A stretch of DNA of 64,000 nt from a virus: the IMG/VR virus record IMGVR_UViG_3300027792_000013, positions 51,929 through 115,928 of that record; one strand, written 5' to 3'. Both the position numbers and the translations under genes were made by a program. Below are positions 46,255 through 55,282 of this stretch, in pieces. Under the pieces are notes generated by a model. That model saw only the letters and a list, made by a program, of their open reading frames with translations, was not told the DNA's origin and made no database searches. Within the stretch, counting starts at the first letter, position 1. The number at the start of each line of letters is the position of its first letter.

Positions 46255-46731
46255 TTATTTTTCTCCAGTTTTCTTTGCCTTTTTTTGTTTCTTTATTAGT
46301 TTTAGTGCCCGTTCTTTTTCGATAAGTTGCTTGAATAATACCAATTCTCGATGTTCTTCTCTAATCAAATTAAATGCCTGAAACAAATCACTATAATCTT
46401 TGATGAGACGTTTTATTACTCCCAAAACATCATTTAATGGAATAAGTGCTGAAAGATCAATAACTGTGGGAGTGCAATTCACAAGTAATTTCTCGGAATT
46501 ATTAAAGGAAACAACTTTCGTTAATGAAATTGGATCTTGCTTATTGATTTCCTTCTGTATAAATTTAGCGATGTTCATGTCTTTTACAATAATATTTACG
46601 GTTGAATTACAATAAGCAGCTTTTATTAAATACTTTGTATTTCCACGCCCTCTGGTTGATTCCAAAATCTCAATCATATTTTCTAAGTATTTAATCGCCT
46701 GTTCAGTTTGATTTACTTTTTTAATTTTCAT
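46255..46731 (-). CDS. Hypothetical protein
   Basis: Co-oriented; GAGG RBS. Confidence 0.55.
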   Translation of the reverse strand: MKIKKVNQTEQAIKYLENMIEILESTRGRGNTKYLIKAAYCNSTVNIIVKDMNIAKFIQKEINKQDPISLTKVVSFNNSEKLLVNCTPTVIDLSALIPLNDVLGVIKRLIKDYSDLFQAFNLIREEHRELVLFKQLIEKERALKLIKKQKKAKKTGEK

Positions 46732-46960
46732 GATTTTTCTCCTCGTTCTGACTATTCACCCACCGCAAAGTTTCAGCTGAGGGGCAAATTGAAATACCTG
46801 CTGCTGACCGGGCAAAAATATACGTATGTCCGGATATCCTAACTTCTCGGATAGAAGCTAAATCTCTCGCCCACTGCACTTCTTCTCCCTCTTTTACCTT
46901 ACTACATCCACCAAGAAATATCCCCACAATGAGTACACATACAAAAAGTAATTTTTTCAT
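46721..46960 (-). CDS. Putative lipoprotein (start MKKLLF, lipobox LGGC)
   Basis: Signal peptide with FLGG-C; AAGGAG RBS. Confidence 0.6.
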   Translation of the reverse strand: MKKLLFVCVLIVGIFLGGCSKVKEGEEVQWARDLASIREVRISGHTYIFARSAAGISICPSAETLRWVNSQNEEKNHEN

Positions 46961-46973
46961 AATTTTTCTCCTT

Positions 46974-47573
46974 TTACCAAGACCATTGTTTTTCTCGCTG
47001 TCTTGCATCTAAGCAATAATCTTTACACCAACTATCTTGACACTTAGTTCTTCTTCCATATTTCCGATGCAATATCGCCATTTCTGCTAAGTTATCAATA
47101 CAAATATTGTCCCAAATATCATGCCAAACACAATCAAATTTTTCGCCCTTTGTAGGCTTATATTCAAGAGCATCAGCATGAATAATATTCAATCTTTCAT
47201 CTTTGAAATAAGGGGCAATAAGTTTTATGACATCTTCACTAATCTCGATAACTGTTATTTTTGTAACCTCGGGGTTATCCAAAAGAAATTTGACGCAACA
47301 ACCTAACCCAAGACCATTAATCAAAATAGATCCTTTTGCCTCTAAAAAGAACCACCTAAAATCTCGTATTTCGTCTGGGGTATTACTCATTACTGTTGTA
47401 TTTCCCTTTTTTAACCGTTTATACGTTCCTTCTGGTACATTTCTACCGGTTTTCATAAAAGAAATTTGTTGAGAAATATTATCTTTTTTTGAAACACTAA
47501 ATGTCTCAACACTCCAATCACCAGATTTTCCATCCGGGATAAATGACATATCTAAGTTCATTAATTTTCCCAC
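46974..47573 (-). CDS. Class I SAM-dependent methyltransferase / spermidine-synthase-like protein
   Basis: ILINGLGLG, VIEIS.DVI, IIHADA, FDCVWHDIW. Confidence 0.8.
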   Translation of the reverse strand: MGKLMNLDMSFIPDGKSGDWSVETFSVSKKDNISQQISFMKTGRNVPEGTYKRLKKGNTTVMSNTPDEIRDFRWFFLEAKGSILINGLGLGCCVKFLLDNPEVTKITVIEISEDVIKLIAPYFKDERLNIIHADALEYKPTKGEKFDCVWHDIWDNICIDNLAEMAILHRKYGRRTKCQDSWCKDYCLDARQREKQWSW

Positions 47574-47643
47574 CTTTCAGGATAAAAAACCGCTGAACTA
47601 CACCAGATAACCAACCCACAAAAAAGAATTGTAAACAACATGA

Positions 47644-47832
47644 TTAGCGCCCCATATATTTTTTTACCCAATCTTGAAATTCTTTTTCAACCCCAAGAAG
47701 TGAAGCCAACAATTTTACTGCATCATCATGTCCTTTAGCATACTCACGAAAGCTTTTTACATCATCTGGGTGTTTTCGTTCAGTTTCTTTAAAAGTATAT
47801 TTAATAGCACTTAAAATATCATGTTTTTCCAT
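47644..47832 (-). CDS. Hypothetical protein (start MEKHD)
   Basis: GGAGG RBS. Confidence 0.55.
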   Translation of the reverse strand: MEKHDILSAIKYTFKETERKHPDDVKSFREYAKGHDDAVKLLASLLGVEKEFQDWVKKYMGR

Positions 47833-47833
47833 T

Positions 47834-47965
47834 TCAATATCCTCCAAGAAATTCGATGGTATAGCCCTCACCTTTTTGATAATAAGCGTGAAAGGTCAAT
47901 CCTCTTTTAACACATTCTTCAATTGCTTCAAACCATTCATCAAAGGAATTAACGGTTATTGTCAT
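47834..47965 (-). CDS. Small protein (43 aa, MTITVNSFDEWFEAIEECVKRGLTFHAY...GGY), not in the ORF track
   Basis: AGGAG RBS; fills the gap. Confidence 0.55.
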   Translation of the reverse strand: MTITVNSFDEWFEAIEECVKRGLTFHAYYQKGEGYTIEFLGGY

Positions 47966-48198
47966 TAGTTATCTCCTATCTGAGAATCTTTGAAATCCGC
48001 AAAAACATCTTCGTAATTTTTGCGGCCAAAAAATTTATTGTTTGTGTATACCCAAGTTAGAAATTTTTCAATTTCTTCGACTTGAGAACATTCAAGTAAT
48101 TCTTCACAATAAGACAGAACTTCTTGAGGATTAAAAGTTCCTTGGTTAGCAATTGCACCACTAAGAATTAAATAATTTCTTTCTCCCAACTTCTTCAT
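47965..48198 (-). CDS. Hypothetical protein, tandem paralog 2
   Basis: MKKLGERNY...SQVEEIEKFLTW...EDVFADFKDSQIGD. Confidence 0.7.
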   Translation of the reverse strand: MKKLGERNYLILSGAIANQGTFNPQEVLSYCEELLECSQVEEIEKFLTWVYTNNKFFGRKNYEDVFADFKDSQIGDN

Positions 48199-48201
48199 TA
48201 G

Positions 48202-48435
48202 CTAATCTCCTATCTGAGAATCTTTGAAATCCGCAAAAATATCTTCGTAAATGTACTTATTCAAACTCCTTAGGTAAGGATTTGCATGAATCCAAGTCAA
48301 AAATTTTTCAATTTCTTCGACTTGAGAACTCAACAATTTTTCTTTGAAATACCCAAGAATCTTGGGATTGTACGTCCCAAAGATTCTAACCGCATTACTG
48401 ATAAGAGCGTAATTTCTCTTTCCCAACTTTTTCAT
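48202..48435 (-). CDS. Hypothetical protein, tandem paralog 1
   Basis: MKKLGKRNY...SQVEEIEKFLTW...EDIFADFKDSQIGD. Confidence 0.7.
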   Translation of the reverse strand: MKKLGKRNYALISNAVRIFGTYNPKILGYFKEKLLSSQVEEIEKFLTWIHANPYLRSLNKYIYEDIFADFKDSQIGD

Positions 48436-48507
48436 ATTATTAACTCCTTTCATATATATATTATAATATAGATTTGGCAAAAAATCAATAAAAATTTTTA
48501 TTTTGTT

Positions 48508-48801
48508 TTATTTTTTCGAAGGCATTTGATTTGCAATCATAATAGATGAGGTATGTTCCAAATATGTTTTTTCTAAAGTTGGGGATGGATCAGTAATAGC
48601 CGCGATAGCGTGTTCTTTGATTTCGATAGGACTAGACGAAACCCCAAGTTTCCAAGGTTGTAACCCCAAACTAATTTGCGGACCCGTTGGACCTTTGACT
48701 TCTTGAAAAAGACACGACATCAATTTTTCGAATTTTAGCTCTCCTACTTGCTTACCAATCAACATCTCACCGGTAATCAAAATTACAACTTTTACGGACA
48801 T
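48508..48801 (-). CDS. Small Sm-like-fold phage protein (start MSVKV)
   Basis: LITGEMLIG...LQPW...P...L...Y pattern; AAGGAG RBS. Confidence 0.55.
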   Translation of the reverse strand: MSVKVVILITGEMLIGKQVGELKFEKLMSCLFQEVKGPTGPQISLGLQPWKLGVSSSPIEIKEHAIAAITDPSPTLEKTYLEHTSSIMIANQMPSKK

Positions 48802-48814
48802 TTTTGTTTCTCCT

Positions 48815-49210
48815 TTAGTTTTCTCTTGTATTATCATGCCGATAAACACAACTAAGATTTTGACATTTCTTACACATTTCTACGGTAGAATGTATTGAAC
48901 ACATCCTCATATTTTCGTCTTGTAATTTGTCATTATTTTGTATCGTTAAAAAGTACTGTTTAAACAATAAAAAAAAGAGAATTGACATCTCTTCTTTGTT
49001 ATGTGGTTTTACCAGACTTTTGAAGATTACTTCAATTGCTTCGGAAGTTAAAAGTCTTTCTTTTGAAACCATATTGATTAAATCATTTATATATTTGTGT
49101 AAAAAATTTTCTAGATTTAAAAACTGCTCAACTTTGATTCCCAAAGCTTTTCCAATTTGATTTGCACCAGCAGCCTCATGATTAAAACTAAATTTTATTT
49201 TCTTTTCCAT
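48815..49210 (-). CDS. Hypothetical protein, probably leaderless
   Basis: AAGTT-N16-TATAAT at 49219-49245, ATG 8 nt downstream. Confidence 0.55.
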   Translation of the reverse strand: MEKKIKFSFNHEAAGANQIGKALGIKVEQFLNLENFLHKYINDLINMVSKERLLTSEAIEVIFKSLVKPHNKEEMSILFFLLFKQYFLTIQNNDKLQDENMRMCSIHSTVEMCKKCQNLSCVYRHDNTREN

Positions 49211-49247
49211 AATATTTAATTATAATTGAAATCAAAGAAAAACTTTA

Positions 49248-49823
49248 TCAATTTTTGATAATATCTATACTGTCTGGTAACTTGTAATTGATGATTTTTT
49301 CAAGTCTTTCTGAATGGGTAACCAGACGAAGCTCAATTCCATTTTTGATTGCAATATTACGAACCTCGGAAAATGCTTTAAATTGATGTTCCCACTCATA
49401 AATTTGTTTTGTTGTGGAATTATGGGTTTCATCCATACCAAATCCCTGTAAGTAAATAATGGGTTTGTATTTATCCACATATCGTAAGAGGTATGATAAA
49501 AATAAAGATGGGGTACATCCAGTTACAAGATTAAGTTTTCGATGACCATATATTTCAGCTGATTTTATAACAGCAATTTTTTGATTTTCCAAAATTGGTG
49601 AATCAAACCAATCTTTGAAATGAGATTCCAGAATTATTGTGAACTCGCAATCCATATAATTGATTCTAGTGTCATTCATACAAAAAACATTTGTGGAATG
49701 ATGATTGTATTTCCAACCTAGAAATTTTGAATTTCCGCTAGGGCTTCTTCCTATCAAAGCAATGCCTTTGTTTTCCCACCAGATTTCGTTACGAAACTCA
49801 TTGAGACTATAAGTCAAAATCAT
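49248..49823 (-). CDS. Possible GT29/Maf-like glycosyltransferase-fold protein
   Basis: IALIGRSPS, VFCMND, IYLQGFGMD. Confidence 0.4.
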   Translation of the reverse strand: MILTYSLNEFRNEIWWENKGIALIGRSPSGNSKFLGWKYNHHSTNVFCMNDTRINYMDCEFTIILESHFKDWFDSPILENQKIAVIKSAEIYGHRKLNLVTGCTPSLFLSYLLRYVDKYKPIIYLQGFGMDETHNSTTKQIYEWEHQFKAFSEVRNIAIKNGIELRLVTHSERLEKIINYKLPDSIDIIKN

Positions 49824-49993
49824 ATGATTTTTTGTTTTTTCAATTCTATGACAAAATTAATAATTCCAAGATATGTGTTTGACCAATTTCGTCCATGTTT
49901 TTCATCATATTTATTAAGAGCATCCGAAATAACCTTTTTTAATTTTGTTTCATCAAATTTAGTTTCTGGTTGAAATACTTCTTTGCCTTTCAT
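49820..49993 (-). CDS. Small protein with MKGKEVF N-terminus (57 aa), not in the ORF track
   Basis: AGGAG RBS; stop overlaps the next ATG. Confidence 0.6.
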   Translation of the reverse strand: MKGKEVFQPETKFDETKLKKVISDALNKYDEKHGRNWSNTYLGIINFVIELKKQKII

Positions 49994-50002
49994 TTTAGTC
50001 TC

Positions 50003-50821
50003 CTATTCGTCTTTATTTAACATTTTTTCGACAGTACCCTCCGAACTTGTTTGAATCAATTTTATCATATATTCATCATCTTCATGACTTTCTATAGGAT
50101 CTACAAACTGGTCAATTTCAACCATAGGATCAGTTGGAACTTCGGATAGATTTTCATTGTAATCAAAAATATTTGTATATACTTTTTTAATAACACTCGT
50201 ATCCGATATTCTAGGAAATAGCCAAGCCTCAACGTTATATGTCAAATTCCAGATTATGGTTTGAACACTTCCAGTTTCGTTTTTTAGATCATTTTGAAAA
50301 TCTGGCTTTGAACCAACAAGAACTACATTGGTATCAAAGCTATTTGTTTTGAAAACAGTTGGTAATAAATTAATTGCTATTGATTTCTGAGGTTTGTATT
50401 CAGGTAAAATTTGCTCAACAATTTGATACATGTCATGGTAGGTTTTTGCCCAAATAGATACCTCAAAAGTCAAATCATAAGGAACCGGTTCAAATACACT
50501 CAATAATGAACTATCATAACCACTAAGTGCTGAAGTTTGGAGATATTTGTTAATCGCATTTCGTTGCCTTTGTGGCTGTCTAACACAATCAGTTAGAATA
50601 TATGTGATTCTTGGAATCATTATCCCAACAACTCTGGGATCATCGGAGTACTGTTTTAATAGATAATAAAATTTTTTTTTTGTTCCAATTGTTAACGGAA
50701 TTTCAATATTTTTTTGTAAAACATTATTAGTATCATAACGTCTTACTGTATAGTCTTTAAACAGAGATCCAAATCCGGCTACGTATTTTCGCAGTATATT
50801 ATGAGTAAAAAAATCACCCAT
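50003..50821 (-). CDS. gp15: gp15 tail terminator / sheath stabilizer
   Basis: LRKYVAGFGSLF, IPL, PRI, PVPYDL.FEVSIW, QIVEQILP. Confidence 0.9.
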   Translation of the reverse strand: MGDFFTHNILRKYVAGFGSLFKDYTVRRYDTNNVLQKNIEIPLTIGTKKKFYYLLKQYSDDPRVVGIMIPRITYILTDCVRQPQRQRNAINKYLQTSALSGYDSSLLSVFEPVPYDLTFEVSIWAKTYHDMYQIVEQILPEYKPQKSIAINLLPTVFKTNSFDTNVVLVGSKPDFQNDLKNETGSVQTIIWNLTYNVEAWLFPRISDTSVIKKVYTNIFDYNENLSEVPTDPMVEIDQFVDPIESHEDDEYMIKLIQTSSEGTVEKMLNKDE

Positions 50822-51056
50822 TTTTTTCTTGTCTCTTTTTTATCGCCAAATTATGTTCAGGCTTTTCATTGTTCCATCCACGATGGAGAATGTAAGTGCC
50901 TTTGGTATCAATTTTCATTGACATTGGAGCGAATAAAACTATACTCATCGCAAATTGACATTTAGGACAAGTTCGCTCATTTGAGTCAATAATTTTTTTA
51001 CTGTAGAAATCGTCCACGAAACCACAATTTGGGCATTCAAATTGATATGATGGCAT
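50814..51056 (-). CDS. FmdB-like zinc-ribbon protein
   Basis: MPSYQFECPNCG...CPKC. Confidence 0.75.
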   Translation of the reverse strand: MPSYQFECPNCGFVDDFYSKKIIDSNERTCPKCQFAMSIVLFAPMSMKIDTKGTYILHRGWNNEKPEHNLAIKKRQEKNG

Positions 51057-51211
51057 TATTTTTTCCTTTTTTTATTATCCTCTTCTTTATTTTCATCTTC
51101 ATCTTCATCCTCTTCTTCTTCTTCTGATTTCCCCTCTTCCTCTTCTTCTGATTCTTCATTTTTTTTGTCTTTCTTTGCGATTTCTTCAAAAAGATCTTTA
51201 ATTGTTTTCAT
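51056..51211 (-). CDS. Highly acidic 51-aa peptide with MKTIKDLFEE N-terminus, not in the ORF track
   Basis: MKTIKDLFEEIAKKDKKNEESEEEEEGKSEEEEEDEDEDENKEEDNKKRKK; AAGGAG RBS. Confidence 0.6.
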   Translation of the reverse strand: MKTIKDLFEEIAKKDKKNEESEEEEEGKSEEEEEDEDEDENKEEDNKKRKK

Positions 51212-51591
51212 TTTAAATCTCCTTTTTGTTTTTTAAATGTATCTTTCAATTCTTTTTGTGATTCCTGATTCCAAATCAATTTGTCTTTAACAACTTTGAT
51301 TTGGTGTTTAAGAGATTCTTTAGTTTTTTTGGATACTCCTGGTGTGGATGCTTGCATTCTGTATCTACTCAAATTGGTTTCAAATTCTTTTTGCTGAATT
51401 CGAAGTTTCTTAAGTTGGGCATCATAATCAAAAATATCTTTACCTTGTATGTTTTTTGTGGAACCATCTTTCCACGAACCAGTAATCCAATCTTTTTTTG
51501 AAACTTTATTTTTGGGATCCCATGGTGTCGAATATTTTTTAATAAAATCTGCTGTTGTATTTTCATTAACAAACTCTTTAAATGTTTTCAT
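51208..51591 (-). CDS. Hypothetical protein with MKTFKEFVNE N-terminus
   Basis: CTS-like start; late promoter at 51610-51617. Confidence 0.65.
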   Translation of the reverse strand: MKTFKEFVNENTTADFIKKYSTPWDPKNKVSKKDWITGSWKDGSTKNIQGKDIFDYDAQLKKLRIQQKEFETNLSRYRMQASTPGVSKKTKESLKHQIKVVKDKLIWNQESQKELKDTFKKQKGDLK

Positions 51592-51595
51592 GTTG

Positions 51596-51763
51596 TTATT
51601 CCTGATTTTTATTTATATTTTCTTCTACGTTTTTTAAAAAACAATCAATGGCTTGAATAATCAAATCATTGATTTCAACATTCCATTTGGCTGCTAATTT
51701 ATTTAGTGTTTCAAGTGTATGAAACTCTATACCATCAATTACAACATGTATTATTTGTTTCAT
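51596..51763 (-). CDS. Ribbon-helix-helix-like small DNA-binding protein (55 aa), not in the ORF track
   Basis: MKQIIHVVID...LETLNKLAAKWNVEINDLIIQAIDCFL; ATGA overlap with the gp14 stop. Confidence 0.5.
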   Translation of the reverse strand: MKQIIHVVIDGIEFHTLETLNKLAAKWNVEINDLIIQAIDCFLKNVEENINKNQE

Positions 51764-52386
51764 CCAAATGGGTCCGTTTCAGAGTCATCAATTACATCAT
51801 CTTGTACAATTTCAGTTTCGAGATCTTCACTATCATCCAAGTGATCTTTTGTTGTTTCAATATTAGTAAAGCTCGCGGTTTCAAGTGTTGTTGGAACATC
51901 TTCGTGGCTATAAACCCAGGCTTTAGCTCCAATTTCCATTAAATCTAATTTGCCCAAATGGTAAAAACTTGGTTCTAAATTGATTCTAGTGATTTCATAC
52001 ATTCCATGTTCATGTTGCCATGGTAAGTACAAAAGATCACCAATTATATGTTCAATTTGTTTTGATGAATCAATGTTACCATTGGTAATAAAATCTTCTC
52101 GTGATACCGCTATTTCTAATTCGTCACGAAATTCTAACCCAAACATACCAAAATTATCACCTTCGCCATTAAATTTCAGATTTGAAATTAAATATCCTCG
52201 TACTTCGTATTTTGTGGGGAAACTTTCAAGAATGTCTTCTCCAAACATAAAGTCAAGATTTTCTGAACTTTGTTTTGGTATAAAAAAGATTTTGACTCCA
52301 TAAAAATTACAGAATTCCTTTCCTATGCCTTTGTATAGGCGAAATTCTCGATCATTAAAGAAATCAAAAATTTTTTTTGAAATCAT
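51760..52386 (-). CDS. gp14: gp14 neck protein
   Basis: YGVKIFFIPK, MFGED, F.GEGD.FGMFGLE.RDE, GDLLYLP, FYHLGK, ETDPFG. Confidence 0.9.
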   Translation of the reverse strand: MISKKIFDFFNDREFRLYKGIGKEFCNFYGVKIFFIPKQSSENLDFMFGEDILESFPTKYEVRGYLISNLKFNGEGDNFGMFGLEFRDELEIAVSREDFITNGNIDSSKQIEHIIGDLLYLPWQHEHGMYEITRINLEPSFYHLGKLDLMEIGAKAWVYSHEDVPTTLETASFTNIETTKDHLDDSEDLETEIVQDDVIDDSETDPFG

Positions 52387-52754
52387 GTTATGTTTTTTAT
52401 TTTTTTATAGAGCTCACGAACTACTTTATATCCGCCATTCAACAATACCATCCAGAATGTATACTGAAGTATACAAGACTCGGTAATTGGTTTTTTGGTC
52501 AACTTTGTAATCGTTAAAAAACATAGGATTCCAATTAACCAACTGAGAATCAACGAAAACAGATGTGAAGTTTTGATCCACTCAATAAATCTCTTTTTTT
52601 GTTTTTGTTTTCGATTTACTTTTATATCCGAAACTTTACTAACAGTTAAAATCTTGACAATTTCAGTAAACACAAGAGTCGAAAACAAAAATACAGTAAT
52701 TGCATAAATGTCAAGAGATTTCATAAATGAGAAAAACTTGACTATTGTACCCAT
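52383..52754 (-). CDS. Three-TM membrane protein (holin candidate)
   Basis: Three hydrophobic segments, basic C-terminus, late promoter at 52772-52779. Confidence 0.45.
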   Translation of the reverse strand: MGTIVKFFSFMKSLDIYAITVFLFSTLVFTEIVKILTVSKVSDIKVNRKQKQKKRFIEWIKTSHLFSLILSWLIGILCFLTITKLTKKPITESCILQYTFWMVLLNGGYKVVRELYKKIKNIT

Positions 52755-52774
52755 TGTATACCTCCACTAATTAT

Positions 52775-52978
52775 TTATAAAACAATTCGCGGAGTTCTGT
52801 TGGCTATAAATCCATTTTTCTCCAATAGTTTTAACCAATCTTGGATTTCATAACTTGCAATAGCAGCATCCAAAATATGTCTGGGGATCTGATTTTTTAG
52901 ATACAAATCAGTTAAACAAATTATGTTTCCTAATTTGATTAAAAAGGCTTCGTCTATTTTGAAACATTCATTTGTCAT
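52775..52978 (-). CDS. Hypothetical protein
   Basis: Co-oriented, overlaps upstream stop. Confidence 0.45.
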   Translation of the reverse strand: MTNECFKIDEAFLIKLGNIICLTDLYLKNQIPRHILDAAIASYEIQDWLKLLEKNGFIANRTPRIVL

Positions 52979-53493
52979 TTTGTTTCTTTTGTTTCTTTTG
53001 GTTCCTTTGATTCTTCTAAAAAGTCTAGTTTGTCCAACTCATTGAGATCAACATCTTCGTAAATGAATCTCGAAATGTTTCCAATATCAGCAATAGTAAG
53101 CAGCTTTTTTTGAAACAAAGGAATCAGAGCTGATAGATTAATTGTGAATTCAACTTCAGTATTAATAGAATCCAACTGTTCTTTTTCCTCCGAATATTTA
53201 TCATCCATTGTGGATTTAACATCCCAAATACCAGTCTTGACAACTTCCCCATCTTTTCCTTTTTGTGTTCGTTCTTCTCCGTACTTACGGATTAAACGTT
53301 GCATCGCAACTCGATAATGTTTGATTTCTGCAAGGATTTTCGCACTGATTTTTCCGATGCGATAAATTTCTTTTGGTTTCAATTCATTTGAAGTAAAAAT
53401 CTTTTGAATTGTACTTTCGGATAAAATCAATTCTTCCAATGTAACAATCTGGGCAGGTAAAAACTTTTGAATCTTTGAAATTTCTTTCGTCAT
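52975..53493 (-). CDS. Hypothetical protein
   Basis: AAGGAG RBS; AAGTT-N16-TATAAT promoter at 53528-53554. Confidence 0.6.
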   Translation of the reverse strand: MTKEISKIQKFLPAQIVTLEELILSESTIQKIFTSNELKPKEIYRIGKISAKILAEIKHYRVAMQRLIRKYGEERTQKGKDGEVVKTGIWDVKSTMDDKYSEEKEQLDSINTEVEFTINLSALIPLFQKKLLTIADIGNISRFIYEDVDLNELDKLDFLEESKEPKETKETK

Positions 53494-53552
53494 TACAAAC
53501 TCCTTTTGTTTAATGATTTATATTAAAATTATATAATAACCATTTTAAAAAC

Positions 53553-54245
53553 TTAAGATTGATTCGCATAAAGATATAGGAATTTAATGAATTGTTGATA
53601 AACTTTTCTATTACCGATTTCGCTTTGATAACTGTAGCGACTAAATTTTTCACTAACTTCGGGATCGCTTCGATATTTTCTTATTTTATCTAAAATTTGT
53701 TGTTTTGCTAATCCCCTATTTTTTAGATACTCTATATACTCAGCGGCATAAGCCCTGATTTCCTCCGGGATTTCTTCGTATAAATTTTTGTTATGGTATT
53801 GTTCAAGTTTTTTGTTAAGCCATTCTTTGAAATCGAAGGTATCAAAACCTAAGCCAATTTTTGCTTTATTGAGTTGTTGTATATGAATACTTTCATGGGA
53901 AACCAATTCTTTGATTTGATTTACAAATTTTTGGTAAGTCGATAATGAAACAAAGTTTTTTTCGAATCCATTTGACCTATAAAAAATAATTATTGTTCTT
54001 GAACTCATTAAAGTTGCACGAACGATAAAACATTCAGTTACGGAAGTAACTCCTTCTGATGTTTCCATAAATTTAACACCATGTGAAGAAAAACTAGAGT
54101 TTAAAATTTTAATTATTTTTTCGGTTGGTAAAAATTTACCAACCAATTTAGATGAAACCCTTTCAAAAATATTAACGAGTTCTAAAATTCTTTTAGAGTC
54201 AATTAATACTATTCCTTCATACAGAAAAATTTCCTTTCCTTTCAT
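53553..54245 (-). CDS. Putative HExxH zinc metallopeptidase with MKGKEIFL N-terminus
   Basis: VSHESIHIQQ...PEEIRAYAAE. Confidence 0.55.
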   Translation of the reverse strand: MKGKEIFLYEGIVLIDSKRILELVNIFERVSSKLVGKFLPTEKIIKILNSSFSSHGVKFMETSEGVTSVTECFIVRATLMSSRTIIIFYRSNGFEKNFVSLSTYQKFVNQIKELVSHESIHIQQLNKAKIGLGFDTFDFKEWLNKKLEQYHNKNLYEEIPEEIRAYAAEYIEYLKNRGLAKQQILDKIRKYRSDPEVSEKFSRYSYQSEIGNRKVYQQFIKFLYLYANQS

Positions 54246-54253
54246 TTTTCTCC

Positions 54254-55282
54254 TTATATATCTCCATCTTCTATTCCTACATGTGAAGTATTATATGAAA
54301 AAGATCCACTTGTAATAATGATATCATCAATTTCGCTGGTATCAACTTCTAAATTCAATAAAAACCCAATTTTATCACCCACTTCTATGACATTCCCAGC
54401 TAAGTCATAGTCAAGAACAAATTCAGCTTTGTATACTTTATATTGCGTTCCGGTAGTTATAGTTGGAACTTCTACAGTTTGGGTTTTACATGAAGTTTCA
54501 CCGATACCATTATAATACGCAACCAATTTTAAATCAACTGTATCATTATTGGATCCTGAAGCGTTTAGAACAAAATAAATTTCTACTATGATATCACTAG
54601 CGGCATCCCAATCGGCGTGCACATCAGCTTCGAAGGTTAGCAAATGAGCAGCAAGTGTAACTCCCCATCCACCAATATGATTTGCGTTAGGACTTACCCA
54701 AGTTGCACCACCACCAACGGCATTAGCCGCCGTCATTGGTATATGATAGTATCTGCGATATTTTGTTGTTGAAGCCCTGATATGATCTGATATTTCAACT
54801 TCGCCGTCACTATCCACACGAATCCCCTCATCACCGCCATCATCGCTAATCCAGTAACCATCTAACATTAGATTTCCTTGTAAAGCCCTGGTTCCATCCA
54901 AAAGGAAATAATCTGTTAGTAAGACATCAACTGCTATATTTGTATAATAATTTGTTGTAATCTCAGTTTCGGTAAAATATCGATCATCGTGATTGTGGCC
55001 AACCAAACTAATCCCGGTAAATGAACCGCCATAAAATCCAAATTTAAGTAAATCATCACTTTCATCGAATTTTAAACAAGCATCTGGATCTGCACTTCTA
55101 TCCCAACGAATTAGAGAATCATTGCTAAAAAATAAGTCATCAACAATATTTAGATTATAATGAAACGTATAATCCTGTACGGTTATATCAACGCTAAAAT
55201 TACTTAATTCCGTTATCAAAGCATTTAATTGTGTTCTAGCATCTGAAAATGGCCCATCAGGAGCAATTAAAGCGGTATCCAT
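54254..55282 (-). CDS. Virion/tail-fibre-related protein
   Basis: GHNHDDRYFTETEI fibre-type motif; beta-rich C-terminus. Confidence 0.6.
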   Translation of the reverse strand: MDTALIAPDGPFSDARTQLNALITELSNFSVDITVQDYTFHYNLNIVDDLFFSNDSLIRWDRSADPDACLKFDESDDLLKFGFYGGSFTGISLVGHNHDDRYFTETEITTNYYTNIAVDVLLTDYFLLDGTRALQGNLMLDGYWISDDGGDEGIRVDSDGEVEISDHIRASTTKYRRYYHIPMTAANAVGGGATWVSPNANHIGGWGVTLAAHLLTFEADVHADWDAASDIIVEIYFVLNASGSNNDTVDLKLVAYYNGIGETSCKTQTVEVPTITTGTQYKVYKAEFVLDYDLAGNVIEVGDKIGFLLNLEVDTSEIDDIIITSGSFSYNTSHVGIEDGDI

